Source: Ophelia neglecta (Eukaryota). From it: a DNA stretch of 64,000 nt. Below the pieces are notes generated by a model, which was not told where the DNA came from, did not search any database, and worked only from the letters and a program-made list of their open reading frames with translations. A program made the translations under genes and the position numbers. Shown in pieces: positions 24,495-39,491 of the stretch. The stretch is taken from the NCBI GenBank assembly GCA_965285935.1, contig OZ260665.1, positions 41,602,001 through 41,666,000 of the forward strand, read 5' to 3'. Within the stretch, counting starts at the first letter, position 1; each line of letters starts with the position of its first letter.

Positions 24495-27400
24495 CTGTCT
24501 TTGGCTGATCCTGCAGTACTGGCATTATTTCAGGTTCATCTATAACTGAATGTTGTTGGCTATCTGGCTCATTTTCTATCTCACCCACCGAAACCTGAAT
24601 AATTTCTTCATCAGACTCTATAAATGGATCGTTTTGAGGAACCATATTGCTTCTTGGTCGTGACTCATCAGCAATCAAGGATTCATTAATGATTTCACTA
24701 TACAACCCGTTCTCACCTGCGAAGCCATGCCTTTCCAATTCAGGGGCTACATCACCTTCTAAAATAGTACGTTCAGTCTTGAGCTGTTGCTCTGTTGTAG
24801 TGACAATCTTACGTTTCACCACTGTGCCATCTTCAAGTGTTTCTTCATACTCTTGCACGTCAGTTGCAGTTTCAGGTTCCCCATCTTGTCTATCGGTGTA
24901 TTTAGAATACTCAGGTTCCATTAAATCTGCTCGACTGAGAATATCCTGGGCTTGTTCCTCATTTGAAGGCAATTCTGTCTCAGGTCCTTCCAGCACAACC
25001 CGTTTGATAATTGTCTGCTTTTGCTTCGTTTTGATGACTTTTCGTTTTACCACAGTTCCATCAGGCAGCGTTTCCTCAAACTCTTGAACATCAGTTTCTA
25101 CTTGTGGTTCACCTTCAATAGTGTCTGTGTACATGCGAACACTTCCTCCTTCATTGTCAGACTCATAGGGAGAATGAATGGCTGCAGGAGACATGGAAGG
25201 AATAGGTGAGGAAAGTTCACGGGCATCACTGATACTTGAACGAATACTTGAAGTATCTGAAAAAATTTCAGACTCTGGAACCTCCTCAGTAATAACATCC
25301 TCAACAACATCCCCATCAGGACCCACCCTACGGATCTTTTTTGTCACCACTTTCTTTACTTTTGCTTTCATTACTCTACGTTTTACTATGCTACCATCTA
25401 AAAGCACTTCCTCAATTTCTTCAAAGTCATCAGATATTTCCCCAGATGGATACACTCCTTGTTGGAAAGGAGCATGAGGGTCAGCATGAATTTCCTCTTC
25501 ACTGACAGGCTTCTTCACCGCTTCGACAGGTTTAACAAGGTCAGGAGAAATTGTATATTCATCTACAGCTGAAGACGACATTATTGATGTTCTTGTCCGG
25601 GTAACGACACTCTTTATCCAGGATCCATCAGGTAATGACTCTTCACTTTCTTGGACTGAGGGTTTGGTGGCTAGGTTAGGACCTGTTATGTCCGTGACTC
25701 CAGCTGGCACTTCACTGATATCGGTCTTGATGTCCTTGCCAACAACGAAGACTGTTTCATTTTCTATCTCTCCCTCTTCTGGGTGGAGGATCTTTTCCTT
25801 TACCGGTTGAGAGTGGCTGACAGTTGTGACCTTGGTTGTTACTACAGTGCCATCTTCAAGTGTCTCCACATTTTCCTGCACATCTTCACTGGTGGTCACT
25901 GGACCGGTTTCTTTCTCTATCACTACTGGACCGGTTAACGTAGAAGTAGATTTAGTTGTGGTTTTCTTTATCCAAGAACCATCTGGCAAGCCTTGTTCTG
26001 ACTCAGATGTGCTGATTTTTGTTGATATATTTGGGATATTGGTATCTGTGACACCTACAGGAATTTCGGTTATCTCTTCTTCTATTTCCTTTCCGACCAA
26101 TGATTCCTTCTCTTGGATTGTTTCTGTGCCATCTTTATCCACTATCTCGGTAACTGGCTGAATATGAGATATTGTGGTCACTCTAGTCTTAATATAAGTT
26201 TTATGAACTCCGGTTTCTACAATATTTTCACTCTCCTGAACATCAGTCTTGGTTATGACATCTCCTTTTGTCACTTGCAAAAGTTTCTCAGAATCTACAG
26301 GAATCGACAATGGTTCTTGTGGAAGGAATTCTGCCTCAATACCTTCAACAGTCACCTTCTGTTCAGATTCAACAGGAGGTGCCTGTGCTCCAACCACCTT
26401 GACTGTTGTGGATTTGACTTGCTTTTTGACCCACGTACCATCTGGTAGGGTTTCTTCCAAGTCCTTTATAGCAACCTCTGTGGCCAGATCGTCCCCCTCA
26501 ACACTACTCACACCTGCTGGTAAGGAAGTGATCTCTTCAAGGATTTCGGCTCCCAATGTTTGCTCTACAACATTGCTGGTTGGTTGTCCATCCACTACCA
26601 GGTGCTCAGTAACTTCCTGGACATGTGTTGTAGTAGTGATTCTGGTGTTGACAGTTGTTCCATCATCCAATGACTCGGTTTTCTCCTGAACATCAGTTTT
26701 AGTGGTCACTGGGCCCAGTTCTCTTTCTACTGGCTGAACCTGTTCCACTGGTTGAGGGCCCACTATGGATGTGCTTGTCCGGGTAACTACACTCTTTATC
26801 CAGGATCCATCCGGCAATGACTCCTCACTTTCTTGGACTGAGGTTTTGTTGGCTAGGTTAGGACCTGTTATGTCCGTGACTCCAGCTGGTACTTCACTGA
26901 TATCAGTCTTGATGTCCTTGCCAACTACAAAGACTGTTTCATTTTCTATCTCTCCCTCTTCTGGGTGGAGGATCTTTTCCTTTACCGGTTGAGAGTGGCT
27001 GACAGTTGTGACCTTGGTTGTTACTACAGTGCCATCTTCAAGTGTCTCCACATTGTCCTGCACATCTTCACTGGTGGTCACTGGACCGGTTTCTTTCTCT
27101 ATCACTACTGGACCGGTTAACGTAGAAGTAGATGTAGTTGTGGTTTTCTTTATCCAAGTACCATCTGGCAAGCCTTGTTCTGACTCAGATGTGCTGATTT
27201 TTGTTGATATATTTGGGATATTGGTATCTGTGATACCTACAGGAATTTCAGTTATCTCTTCTTCTATTTCCTTTCCAACCAATGATTCCTTCTCTTGGAT
27301 TGCATCTTTGCCCTCTTTATCCACTATCTCGGTAACTGGCTGAATATGAGAGATTGTGGTCACTTTAGTCTTGATATGAGTTTTAAGAACGCCGGCTTCA

Positions 27401-30400
27401 ACAATATCTTCACTCTCCTGAACATCAGTCTTGGTTATGACATCTCCTTTTGTCACTTGCAAAAGTTTCTTAGAATCTACAGGAATCGACAATGGTTCTT
27501 GTGGAAGGAATTCTGCCTCAACACCTTCCACAGTCACCTTCTGTTCAGATTCTACAGGAGGTGCCTGTGCTCCAACCACCTTGACTGTTGTGGATTTGAC
27601 TTGCTTTTTGACCCACGTACCATCGGGTAGGGTTTCTTCCAAGTCCTTTATAGCAACCTCTGTGGCCAGATCGTCCCCCTCAACACTACTCACACCTGCT
27701 GGTAAGGAAGTGATCTCTTCAAGGATTTCGGCTCCCAATGTTTGCTCTACAACATTGCTGGTTGGTTGTCCATCCACTACCAGGTGCTCAGTAACTTCTT
27801 GGACATGTGTTGTAGTAGTGATTCTGGTGTTGACAGTTGCTCCATCATCCAATGACTCGGTTTTCTCCTGAACATCAGTTTTAGTGGTCACTGGGCCCAG
27901 TTCTCTTTCTACTGGCTGAACCTGTTCCACTGGTTGAGGGCCCACTATGGATGTGCTTGTCCGGGTAACGACACTCTTTATCCAGGATCCATCCGGCAAT
28001 GACTCCTCACTTTCTTGGACTGAGGTTTTGGTGGCTAGGTTAGGACCTGTTATGTCCGTGACTCCAGCTGGTACTTCACTGATATCAGTCTTGATGTCCT
28101 TGCCAACTACAATGACTGTTTCATTTTCTATCTCTCCCTCTTCTGGGTGGAGGATCTTTTCCTTTACCGGTTGAGAGTGGCTGACAGTTGTGACCTTGGT
28201 TGTTACTACAGTGCCATCTTCAAGTGTCTCCACATTGTCCTGCACATCTTCACTGGTGGTTACTGGACCGGTTTCTTTCTCTATCACTACTGGACCGGTT
28301 AACGTAGAAGTAGATGTAGTTTTGGTTTTCTTTATCCACGTTCCATCTGGCAAGCCTTGTTCTGACTCAGATGTGCTGATTTTTGTTGATATATTTGGGA
28401 TATTGGTATCTGTGATACCTACAGGAATTTCAGTTATCTCTTCTTCTATTTCCTTTCCAACCAATGATTCCTTCTCTTGGATTGTATCTTTGCCATCTTT
28501 ATCCACTATCTCGGTAACTGGCTGAATATGAGAGGTTGTGGTCACTTTAGTCTTGATATGAGTTTTAAGAACGCCGGCTTCAACAATATCTTCACTCTCC
28601 TGAACATCAGTCTTGGTTATGACATCTCCTTTTGTCACTTGCAAAAGTTTCTTAGAATCTACAGGAATCGACAATGGTTCTTGTGGAAGGAATTCTGCCT
28701 CAACACCTTCCACAGTCACCTTCTGTTCAGATTCAACAGGAGGTGCCTGTGCTCCAACCACCTTGACTGTTGTGGATTTGACTTGCTTTTTGACCCACGT
28801 ACCATCGGGTAGGGTTTCTTCCAAGTCCTTTATAGCAACCTCTGTGGCCAGATCGTCCCCCTCAACACTACTCACATCTGCTGGTAAGGAAGTGATCTCT
28901 TCAAGGATTTCGGCTCCCAATGTTTGCTCTACAACATTGCTGGTTGGTTGTCCATCCACTACCAGGTGCTCAGTAACTTCTTGGACATGTGTTGTAGTAG
29001 TGATTCTGGTGTTGACAGTTGCTCCATCATCCAATGACTCGGTTTTCTCCTGAACATCAGTTTTAGTGGTCACTGGGCCCAGTTCTCTTTCTACTGGCTG
29101 AACCTGTTCCACTGGTTGAGGGCCCACTATGGATATGCTTGTCCGGGTAACGACACTCTTTATCCAGGATCCATCCGGCAATGACTCCTCACTTTCTTGG
29201 ACTGAGGTTTTGGTGGCTAGGTTAGGACCTGTTATGTCCGTGACTCCAGCTGGTACTTCACTGATATCAGTCTTGATGTCCTTGCCAACTACAAAGACTG
29301 TTTCATTTTCTATCTCTCCCTCTTCTGGGTGGAGGATCTTTTCCTTTACCGGTTGAGAGTGGCTGACAGTTGTGACCTTGGTTGTTACTACAGTGCCATC
29401 TTCAAGTGTCTCCACATTGTCCTGCACATCTTCACTGGTGGTTACTGGACCGGTTTCTTTCTCTATCACTACTGGACCGGTTAACGTAGAAGTAGATGTA
29501 GTTTTGGTTTTCTTTATCCACGTTCCATCTGGCAAGCCTTGTTCTGACTCAGATGTGCTGATTTTTGTTGATATATTTGGGATATTGGTATCTGTGATAC
29601 CTACAGGAATTTCAGTTATCTCTTCTTCTATTTCCTTTCCAACCAATGATTCCTTCTCTTGGATTGTATCTTTGCCATCTTTATCCACTATCTCGGTAAC
29701 TGGCTGAATATGAGAGATTGTGGTCACTTTAGTCTTGATATGAGTTTTAAGAACGCCGGCTTCAACAATATCTTCACTCTCCTGAACATCAGTCTTGGTT
29801 ATGACATCTCCTTTTGTCACTTGCAAAAGTTTCTCAGAATCTACAGGAATCGACAATGGTTCTTGTGGAAGGAATTCTGCCTCAATACCTTCAACAGTCA
29901 CCTTCTGTTCAGATTCAACAGGAGGTGCCTGTGCTCCAACCACCTTGACTGTTGTGGATTTGACTTGCTTTTTGACCCACGTACCATCGGGTAGGGTTTC
30001 TTCCAAGTCCTTTATAGCAACCTCTGTGGCCAGATCGTCCCCCTCAACACTACTCACACCTGCTGGTAAGGAAGTGATCTCTTCAAGGATTTCGGCTCCC
30101 AATGTTTGCTCTACAACATTGCTGGTTGGTTGTCCATCCACTACCAGGTGCTCAGTAACTTCTTGGACATGTGTTGTAGTAGTGATTCTGGTGTTGACAG
30201 TTGCTCCATCATCCAATGACTCGGTTTTCTCCTGAACATCAGTTTTAGTGGTCACTGGGCCCAGTTCTCTTTCTACTGGCTGAACCTGTTCCACTGGTTG
30301 AGGGCCCACTATGGATGTGCTTGTCCGGGTAACGACACTCTTTATCCAGTATCCATCCGGCAATGACTCCTCACTTTCTTGGACTGAAGTTTTGGTGGCT

Positions 30401-33400
30401 AGGTTAGGACCTGTTATGTCCGTGACTCCAGCTGGTACTTCACTGATATCAGTCTTGATGTCCTTGCCAACTACAAAGACTGTTTCATTTTCTATCTCTC
30501 CCTCTTCTGGGTGGAGGATCTTTGCCTTTACCGGTTGAGAGTGGCTGACAGTTGTGACCTTGGTTGTTACTACAGTGCCATCTTCAAGTGTCTCCACATT
30601 GTCCTGCACATCTTCACTGGTGGTCACTGGACCGGTTTCTTTCTCTATCACTACTGGACCGGTTAACGTAGAAGTAGATGTAGTTGTGGTTTTCTTTATC
30701 CACGTTCCATCTGGCAAGCCTTGTTCTGACTCAGATGTGCTGATTTTTGTTGATATATTTGGGATATTGGTATCTGTGATACCTACAGGAATTTCAGTTA
30801 TCTCTTCTTCTATTTCCTTTCCAACCAATGATTCCTTCTCTTGGATTGTATCTTTGCCATCTTTATCCACTATCTCGGTAACTGGCTGAATATGAGAGAT
30901 TGTGGTCACTTTAGTCTTGATATGAGTTTTAAGAACGCCGGCTTCAACAATATCTTCACTCTCCTGAACATCAGTCTTGGTTATGACATCTCCTTTTGTC
31001 ACTTGCAAAAGTTTCTCAGAATCTACAGGAATCGACAATGGTTCTTGTGGAAGGAATTCTGCCTCAATACCTTCAACAGTCACCTTCTGTTCAGATTCAA
31101 CAGGAGGAGCCTGTGCTCCAACCACCTTGACTGTTGTGGATTTGACTTGCTTTTTGACCCACGTACCATCGGGTAGGGTTTCTTCCAAGTCCTTTATAGC
31201 AACCTCTGTGGCCAGATCGTCCCCCTCAACACTACTCACACCTGCTGGTAAGGAAGTGATCTCTTCAAGGATTTCGGCTCCCAATGTTTGCTCTACAACA
31301 TTGCTGGTTGGTTGTCCATCCACTACCAAGTGCTCAGTAACTTCTTGGACATGTGTTGTAGTAGTGATTCTGGTGTTGACAGTTGTTCCATCATCCAATG
31401 ACTCGGTTTTCTCCTGAACATCAGTTTTAGTGGTCACTGGGCCCAGTTCTCTTTCTACTGGCTGAACCTGTTCCACTGGTTGAGGGCCCACTATGGATGT
31501 GCTTGTCCGGGTAACGACACTCTTTATCCAGGATCCATCCGGCAATGACTCCTCACTTTCTTGGACTGAGGTTTTGGTGGCTAGGTTAGGACCTGTTATG
31601 TCCGTGACTCCAGCTGGTACTTCACTGATATCAGTCTTGATGTCCTTGCCAACTACAAAGACTGTTTCATTTTCTATCTCTCCCTCTTCTGGGTGGAGGA
31701 TCTTTTCCCTTACCGGTTGAGAGTGGCTGACAGTTGTGACCTTGGTTGTTACTACAGTGCCATCTTCAAGTGTCTCCACATTGTCCTGCACATCTTCACT
31801 GGTGGTCACTGGACCGGTTTCTTTCTCTATCACTACTGGACCGGTTAACGTAGAAGTAGATACAGTTGTGGTTTTCTTTATCCACGTTCCATCTGGCAAG
31901 CCTTGTTCTGACTCAGATGTGCTGATTTTTGTTGATATATTTGGGATATTGGTATCTGTGATACCTACAGGAATTTCAGTTATCTCTTCTTCTATTTCCT
32001 TTCCAACCAATGATTCCTTCTCTTGGATTGTATCTTTGCCATCTTTATCCACTATCTCGGTAACTGGCTGAATATGAGAGATTGTGGTCACTTTAGTCTT
32101 GATATGAGTTTTAAGAACGCCGGCTTCAACAATATCTTCACTCTCCTGAACATCAGTCTTGGTTATGACATCTCCTTTTGTCACTTGCAAAGGTTTCTCA
32201 GAATCTACAGGAATCGACAATGGTTCTTGTGGAAGGAATTCTGCCTCAATACCTTCAACAGTCACCTTCTGTTCAGATTCAACAGGAGGTGCCTGTGTTC
32301 CAACCACCTTGACTGTTGTGGATTTGACTTGCTTTTTGACCCACGTACCATCGGGTAGGGTTTCTTCCAAGTCCTTTATAGCAACCTCTGTGGCCAGATC
32401 GTCCCCCTCAACACTACTCACACCTGCTGGTAAGGAAGTGATCTCTTCAAGGATTTCGGCTCCCAATGTTTGCTTTACAACATTGCTGGTTGGTTGTCCA
32501 TCCACTAACAGGTGCTCAGTAACTTCTTGGACATGTGTTGTAGTAGTGATTCTGGTGTTGACAGTTGTTCCATCATCCAATGACTCGGTTTTCTCCTGAA
32601 CATCAGTTTTAGTGGTCACTGGGCCCAGTTCTCTTTCTACTGGCTGAACCTGTTCCACTGGTTGAGGGCCCACTATGGATGTGCTTGTCCGGGTAACGAC
32701 ACTCTTTATCCAGGATCCATCCGGCAATGACTCCTCACTTTCTTGGACTGAGGTTTTGGTGGCTAGGTTAGGACCTGTTATGTCCGTGACTCCAGCTGGT
32801 ACTTCACTGATATCAGTCTTGATGTCCTTGCCAACTACAAAGACTGTTTCATTTTCTATCTCTCCCTCTTCTGGGTGGAGGATATTTTCCTTTACCGGTT
32901 GAGAGTGGCTGACAGTTGTGACCTTGGTTGTTACTACAGTGCCATCTTCAAGTGTCTCCACATTGTCCTGCACATCTTCACTGGTGGTCACTGGACCGGT
33001 TTCTTTCTCTATCACTACTGGACCGGTTAACGTAGAAGTAGATGTAGTTGTGGTTTTCTTTATCCAAGTACCATCTGGCAAGCCTTGTTCTGACTCAGAT
33101 GTGCTGATTTTTGTTGATATATTTGGGATATTGGTATCTGTGATACCTACAGGAATTTCAGTTATCTCTTCTTCTATTTCCTTTCCAACCAATGATTCCT
33201 TCTCTTGGATCGTATCTTTGCCATCTTTATCCACTATCTCGGTAACTGGCTGAATATGAGAGATTGTGGTCACTTTAGTCTTGATATGAGTTTTAAGAAC
33301 GCCGGCTTCAACAATATCTTCACTCTCCTGAACATCAGTCTTGGTTATGACATCTCCTTTTGTCACTTGCAAAAGTTTCTCAGAATCTACAGGAATCGAC

Positions 33401-36400
33401 AATGGTTCTTGTGGAAGGAATTCTGCCTCAATACCTTCAACAGTCACCTTCTGTTCAGATTCAACAGGAGGTGCCTGTGCTCCAACCACCTTGACTGTTG
33501 TGGATTTGACTTGCTTTTTGACCCACGTACCATCGGGTAGGGTTTCTTCCAAGTCCTTTATAGCAACCTCTGTGGCCAGATCGTCCCCCTCAACACTACT
33601 CACACCTGCTGGTAAGGAAGTGATCTCTTCAAGGATTTCGGCTCCCAATGTTTGCTCTACAACATTGCTGGTTGGTTGTCCATCCACTACCAAGTGCTCA
33701 GTAACTTCTTGGACATGTGTTGTAGTAGTGATTCTGGTGTTGACAGTTGTTCCATCATCCAATGACTCGGTTTTCTCCTGAACATCAGTTTTAGTGGTCA
33801 CTGGGCCCAGTTCTCTTTCTACTGGCTGAACCTGTTCCACTGGTTGAGGGCCCACTATGGATGTGCTTGTCCGGGTAACGACACTCTTTATCCAGGATCC
33901 ATCCGGCAATGACTCTTCACTTTCTTGGACTGAGGTTTTGGTGGCTAGGTTAGGACCAGTTATGTCCGTGACTCCAGCTGGTACTTCACTGATATCAGTC
34001 TTGATGTCCTTGCCAACTACAAAGACTGTTTCATTTTCTATCTCTCCCTCTTCTGGGTGGAGGATCTTTTCCTTTACCGGTTGAGAGTGGCTGACAGTTG
34101 TGACCTTGGTTGTTACTACATCGCCATCTTCAAGTGTCTCCACATTGTCCTGCACATCTTCACTGGTGGTCACTGGACCGGTTTCTTTCTCTATCACTAC
34201 TGGACCGGTTAACGTAGAAGTAGATGTAGTTGTGGTTTTCTTTATCCAAGTACCATCTGGCAAGCCTTGTTCTGACTCAGATGTGCTGATTTTTGTTGAT
34301 ATATTTGGGATATTGGTATCTGTGATACCTACAGGAATTTCAGTTATCTCTTCTTCTATTTCCTTTCCAACCAATGATTCCTTCTCTTGGATCGTATCTT
34401 TGCCATCTTTATCCACTATCTCGGTAACTGGCTGAATATGAGAGATTGTGGTCACTTTAGTCTTGATATGAGTTTTAAGAACGCCGGCTTCAACAATATC
34501 TTCACTCTCCTGAACATCAGTCTTGGTTATGACATCTCCTTTTGTCACTTGCAAAAGTTTCTCAGAATCTACAGGAATCGACAATGGTTCTTGTGGAAGA
34601 AATTCTGCCTCAATACCTTCAACAGTCACCTTCTGTTCAGATTCAACAGGAGGTGCCTGTGCTCCAACCACCTTGACTGTTGTAGATTTGACTTGCTTTT
34701 TGACCCACGTACCATCGGGTAGGGTTTCTTCCAAGTCCTTTATAGCAACCTCTGTGGCCAGATCGTCCCCCTCAACACTACTCACACCTGCTGGTAAGGA
34801 AGTGATCTCTTCAAGGATTTCGGCTCCCAATGTTTGCTCTACAACATTGCTGGTTGGTTGTCCATCCACTACCAGGTGCTCAGTAACTTCTTGGACATGT
34901 GTTGTAGTAGTGATTCTGGTGTTGACAGTTGTTCCATCATCCAATGACTCGGTTTTCTCCTGAACATCAGTTTTAGTGGTCACTGGGCCCAGTTCTCTTT
35001 CTACTGGCTGAACCCGTTCCACTGGTTGAGGGCCCACTATGGATGTCCTTGTCCGGGTAACGACACTCTTTATCCAGGATCCATCCGGCAATGACTCCTC
35101 ACTTTCTTGGACTGAGGTTTTGGTGGCTAGGTTAGGACCTGTTATGTCCGTGACTCCAGCTGGTACTTCACTGATATCAGTCTTGATGTCCTTGCCAACT
35201 ACAAAGACTGTTTCATTTTCTATCTCTCCCTCTTCTGGGTGGAGGATCTTTTCCTTTACCGGTTGAGAGTGGCTGACAGTTGTGACCTTGGTTGTTACTA
35301 CAGTGCCATCTTCAAGTGTCTCCACATTGTCCTTCACATCTTCACTGGTGGTCACTGGACCCGTTTGTTTCTCTATCACTACAGGACCGGTTAACGTAGA
35401 AGTAGATATAGTTGTGGTTTTCTTTATCCAAGTACCATCTGGCAAGCCTTGTTCTGACTCAGATGTGCTGATTTTTGTTGATATATTTGGGATATTGGTA
35501 TCTGTGATACCTACAGGAATTTCAGTTATCTCTTCTTCTATTTCCTTTCCAACAAATGATTCCTTCTCTTGGATTGTATCTTTGCCATCTTTATCCACTA
35601 TCTCGGTAACTGGCTGAATATGAGAGATTGTGGTCACTTTAGTCTTGATATGAGTTTTAAGAACGCCGGCTTCAACAATATCTTCACTCTCCTGAACATC
35701 AGTCTTGGTTATGACATCTCCTTTTGTCACTTGCAAAAGTTTCTCAGAATCTACAGGAATCGACAATGGTTCTTGTGGAAGGAATTCTGCCTCAATACCT
35801 TCAACAGTCACCTTCTGTTCAGATTCAACAGGAGGTGCCTGTGCTCCAACCACCTTGACTGTTGTGGATTTGACTTGCTTTTTGACCCACGTACCATCGG
35901 GTAGGGTTTCTTCCAAGTCCTTTATAGCAACCTCTGTGGCCAGATCGTCCCCCTCAACACTACTCACACCTGCTGGTAAGGAAGTGATCTCTTCAAGGAT
36001 TTCGGCTCCCAATGTTTGCTCTACAACATTGCTGGTTGGTTGTCCATCCACTACCAGGTGCTCAGTAACTTCTTGGACATGTGTTGTAGTAGTGATTCTG
36101 GTGTTGACAGTTGTTCCATCATCCAATGACTCGGTTTTCTCCTGAACATCAGTTTTAGTGGTCACTGGGCCCAGTTCTCTTTCTACTGGCTGAACCTGTT
36201 CCACTGGTTGAGGGCCCACTATGGATGTGCTTGTCCGGGTAACGACACTCTTTATCCAGGATCCATCCGGCAATGACTCCTCACTTTCTTGGACTGAGGT
36301 TTTGATGGCTAGGTTAGGACCTGTTATGTCCGTGACTCCAGCTGGTACTTCACTGATATCAGTCTTGATGTCCTTGCCAACTACAAAGACTGTTTCATTT

Positions 36401-39400
36401 TCTATCTCTCCCTCTTCTGGGTGGAGGATCTTATCCTTTACCGGTTGAGAGTGGCTGACAGTTGTGACCTTGGTTGTTACTACAGTGCCATCTTCAAGTG
36501 TCTCCACATTGTCCTGCACATCTTCACTGGTGGTCACTGGACCGGTTTCTTTCTCTATCACTACTGGACCGGTTAACATAGAAGTAGATGTAGTTGTGGT
36601 TTTCTTTATCCACGTTCCATCTGGCAAGCCTTGTTCTGACTCAGATGTGCTGATTTTTGTTGATATATTTGGGATATTGGTATCTGTGATACCTACAGGA
36701 ATTTCAGTTATCTCTTCTTCTATTTCCTTTCCAACCAATGATTCCTTCTCTTGGATTGTATCTTTGCCATCTTTATCCACTATCTCAGTAACTGGCTGAA
36801 TATGAGAGATTGTGGTCACTTTAGTCTTGATATGAGTTTTAAGAACGCCGGCTTCAACAATATCTTCACTCTCCTGAACATCAGTCTTGGTTATGACATC
36901 TCCTTTTGTCACTTGCAAAAGTTTCTCAGAATCTACAGGAATCGACAATGGTTCTTGTGGAAGGAATTCTGCCTCAATACCTTCAACAGTCACCTTCTGT
37001 TCAGATTCAACAGGAGGTGCCTGTGCTCCAACCACCTTGACTGTTGTGGATTTGACTTGCTTTTTGACCCACGTACCATCGGGTAGGGTTTCTTCCAAGT
37101 CCTTTATAGCAACCTCTGTGGCCAGATCGTCCCCCTCAACACTACTCACACCTGCTGGTAAGGAAGTGATCTCTTCAAGGATTTCGGCTCCCAATGTTTG
37201 CTCTACAACATTGCTGGTTGGTTGTCCATCCACTACCAGGTGCTCAGTAACTTCTTGGACATGTGTTGTGGTAGTGATTCTGGTGTTGACAGTTGTTCCA
37301 TCATCCAATGACTCGGTTTTCTCCTGAACATCAGTTTTAGTGGTCACTGGGCCCATTTCTCTTTCTACTGGCTGAACCTGTTCCACTGGTTGAGGGCCCA
37401 CTATGGATGTGCTTGTCCGGGTAACGACACTCTTTATCCAGGATCCATCCGGCAATGACTCCTCACTTTCTTGGACTGAGGTTTTGGTGGCTAGGTTAGG
37501 ACCTGTTATGTCCGTGACTCCAGCTGGTACTTCACTGATATCAGTCTTGATGTCCTTGCCAACTACAAAGACTGTTTCATTTTCTATCTCTCCCTCTTCT
37601 GGGTGGAGGATCTTTTCCTTTACCGGTTGAGAGTGGCTGACAGTTGTGACCTTGGTTGTTACTACAGTGCCATCTTCAAGTGTCTCCACATTGTCCTGCA
37701 CATCTTCACTGGTGGTCACTGGACCCGTTTGTTTCTCTATCACTACAGGACCGGTTAACGTAGAAGTAGATATAGTTGTGGTTTTCTTTATCCAAGTACC
37801 ATCTGGCAAGCCTTGTTCTGACTCAGATGTGCTGATTTTTGTTGATATATTTGGGATATTGGTATCTGTGATACCTACAGGAATTTCAGTTATCTCTTCT
37901 TCTATTTCCTTTCCAACCAATGATTCCTTCTCTTGGATTGTATCTTTGCCATCTTTATCCACTATCTCGGTAACTGGCTGAATATGAGAGATTGTGGTCA
38001 CTTTAGTCTTGATATGAGTTTTAAGAACGCCGGCTTCAACAATATCTTCACTCTCCTGAACATCAGTCTTGGTTATGACATCTCCTTTTGTCACTTGCAA
38101 AAGTTTCTCAGAATCTACAGGAATCGACAATGGTTCTTGTGGAAGGAATTCTGCCTCAATACCTTCAACAGTCACCTTCTGTTCAGATTCAACAGGAGGT
38201 GCCTGTGCTCCAACCACCTTGACTGTTGTGGATTTGACTTGCTTTTTGACCCACGTACCATCGGGTAGGGTTTCTTCCAAGTCCTTTATAGCAACCTCTG
38301 TGGCCAGATCGTCCCCCTCAACACTACTCACACCTGCTGGTAAGGAAGTGATCTCTTCAAGGATTTCGGCTCCCAATGTTTGCTCTACAACATTGCTGGT
38401 TGGTTGTCCATCCACTACCAGGTGCTCAGTAACTTCTTGGACATGTGTTGTAGTAGTGATTCTGGTGTTGACAGTTGTTCCATCATCCAATGACTCGGTT
38501 TTCTCCTGAACATCAGTTTTAGTGGTCACTGGTCCTAATTCCTTTTCAGGTTGTAAATTATCTACCAATGTCTTTACTGTTTTAGTTGTTGTTTTCTTCA
38601 GCCATGTTTCGTCAGGAAGGATTTCTTCTGATTCCTGTACTGACATTTTTGAAGACAAATTTGCATCGACAGTATCAACAAGTTCAGCTGGAAGCTCTGT
38701 TATGTCCTCCATGATTTCCTGGCCAAGCACCTCTTCATGTTCTACGAACGTTTGCTCGCCTGCTACAATAATTGATTCAGTAACTGGTTGTATATGAGTG
38801 ATGGTTGTTAATTTTCTCTTAACTAACGTGCCATCAGACAAAACTCGCTCACTCTCTTCAACAGCTGTCCTTGTTAATATATCTCCTTTGGTAAGTTTTA
38901 ACTCCTTACAAGGCTCTGGAAGCGTAGCCAGCTGGTGTTCAGGGAAGTCAGAAGAAATGGATTCTACACCACAAACTTGCTGTACCAATTCATCAGGTGG
39001 TGAAGTTGTTCCAATCGTACGAACTACAACTTTACTTACATGTCGTTTTTCCCACGTCCCATCAGAAAGAGTTTGTTCCGAATCATGCTCGGATTGCTCT
39101 GTTTCTAAATTAGCACCAAATGGGCCGCTCACACCTTGAGGAAGGACCAATATATCTTCTTTTACTTCAGTGCCAAGAATCTTCTTAGACTCGCGAATAG
39201 ATTCTTCCTTTCCTTGCATAGTTCGCTCAGACAGCGGAATGAAATGAGTGGTTGTTGTTATGGTCACCTTAACTGTTGTCCCGTCAGGTAAAACTTCTTC
39301 TTTATCCTTAACTGTGGTCATTGTCGTCGGCTCTCCTTCTACAATTTCAGTTTTTGCCGGCGGTATTAGACTTTTTTCATCTCGATCAATAAGCATTTGA

Positions 39401-39491
39401 TCCTGTTTCATCATCTCTTCTTGAATCACTTCTTCCAGCGTCGGGGTTTTTTCCCTGTAATCTTCTTCGCCGGGAGTAGTTTGCCCAAAAC
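24495..39491 (-). CDS. ANK: Giant exon B (14,997 bp, about 4,999 aa)
   Basis: Contains ORF 24490..39429; acceptor TATTTCAG|GT is in frame, donor ACAG|GTTAGG; phase 1-1. Confidence 0.88.
25580..38540 (-). repeat. Coding tandem array, 11 x 1,182 bp (394 aa), near-identical copies; each unit contains 3 sub-modules
   Basis: Antisense shadow ORFs recur at exactly 1,182-bp spacing (26249, 27431 ... 38069); only a few substitutions per copy. Confidence 0.96.
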
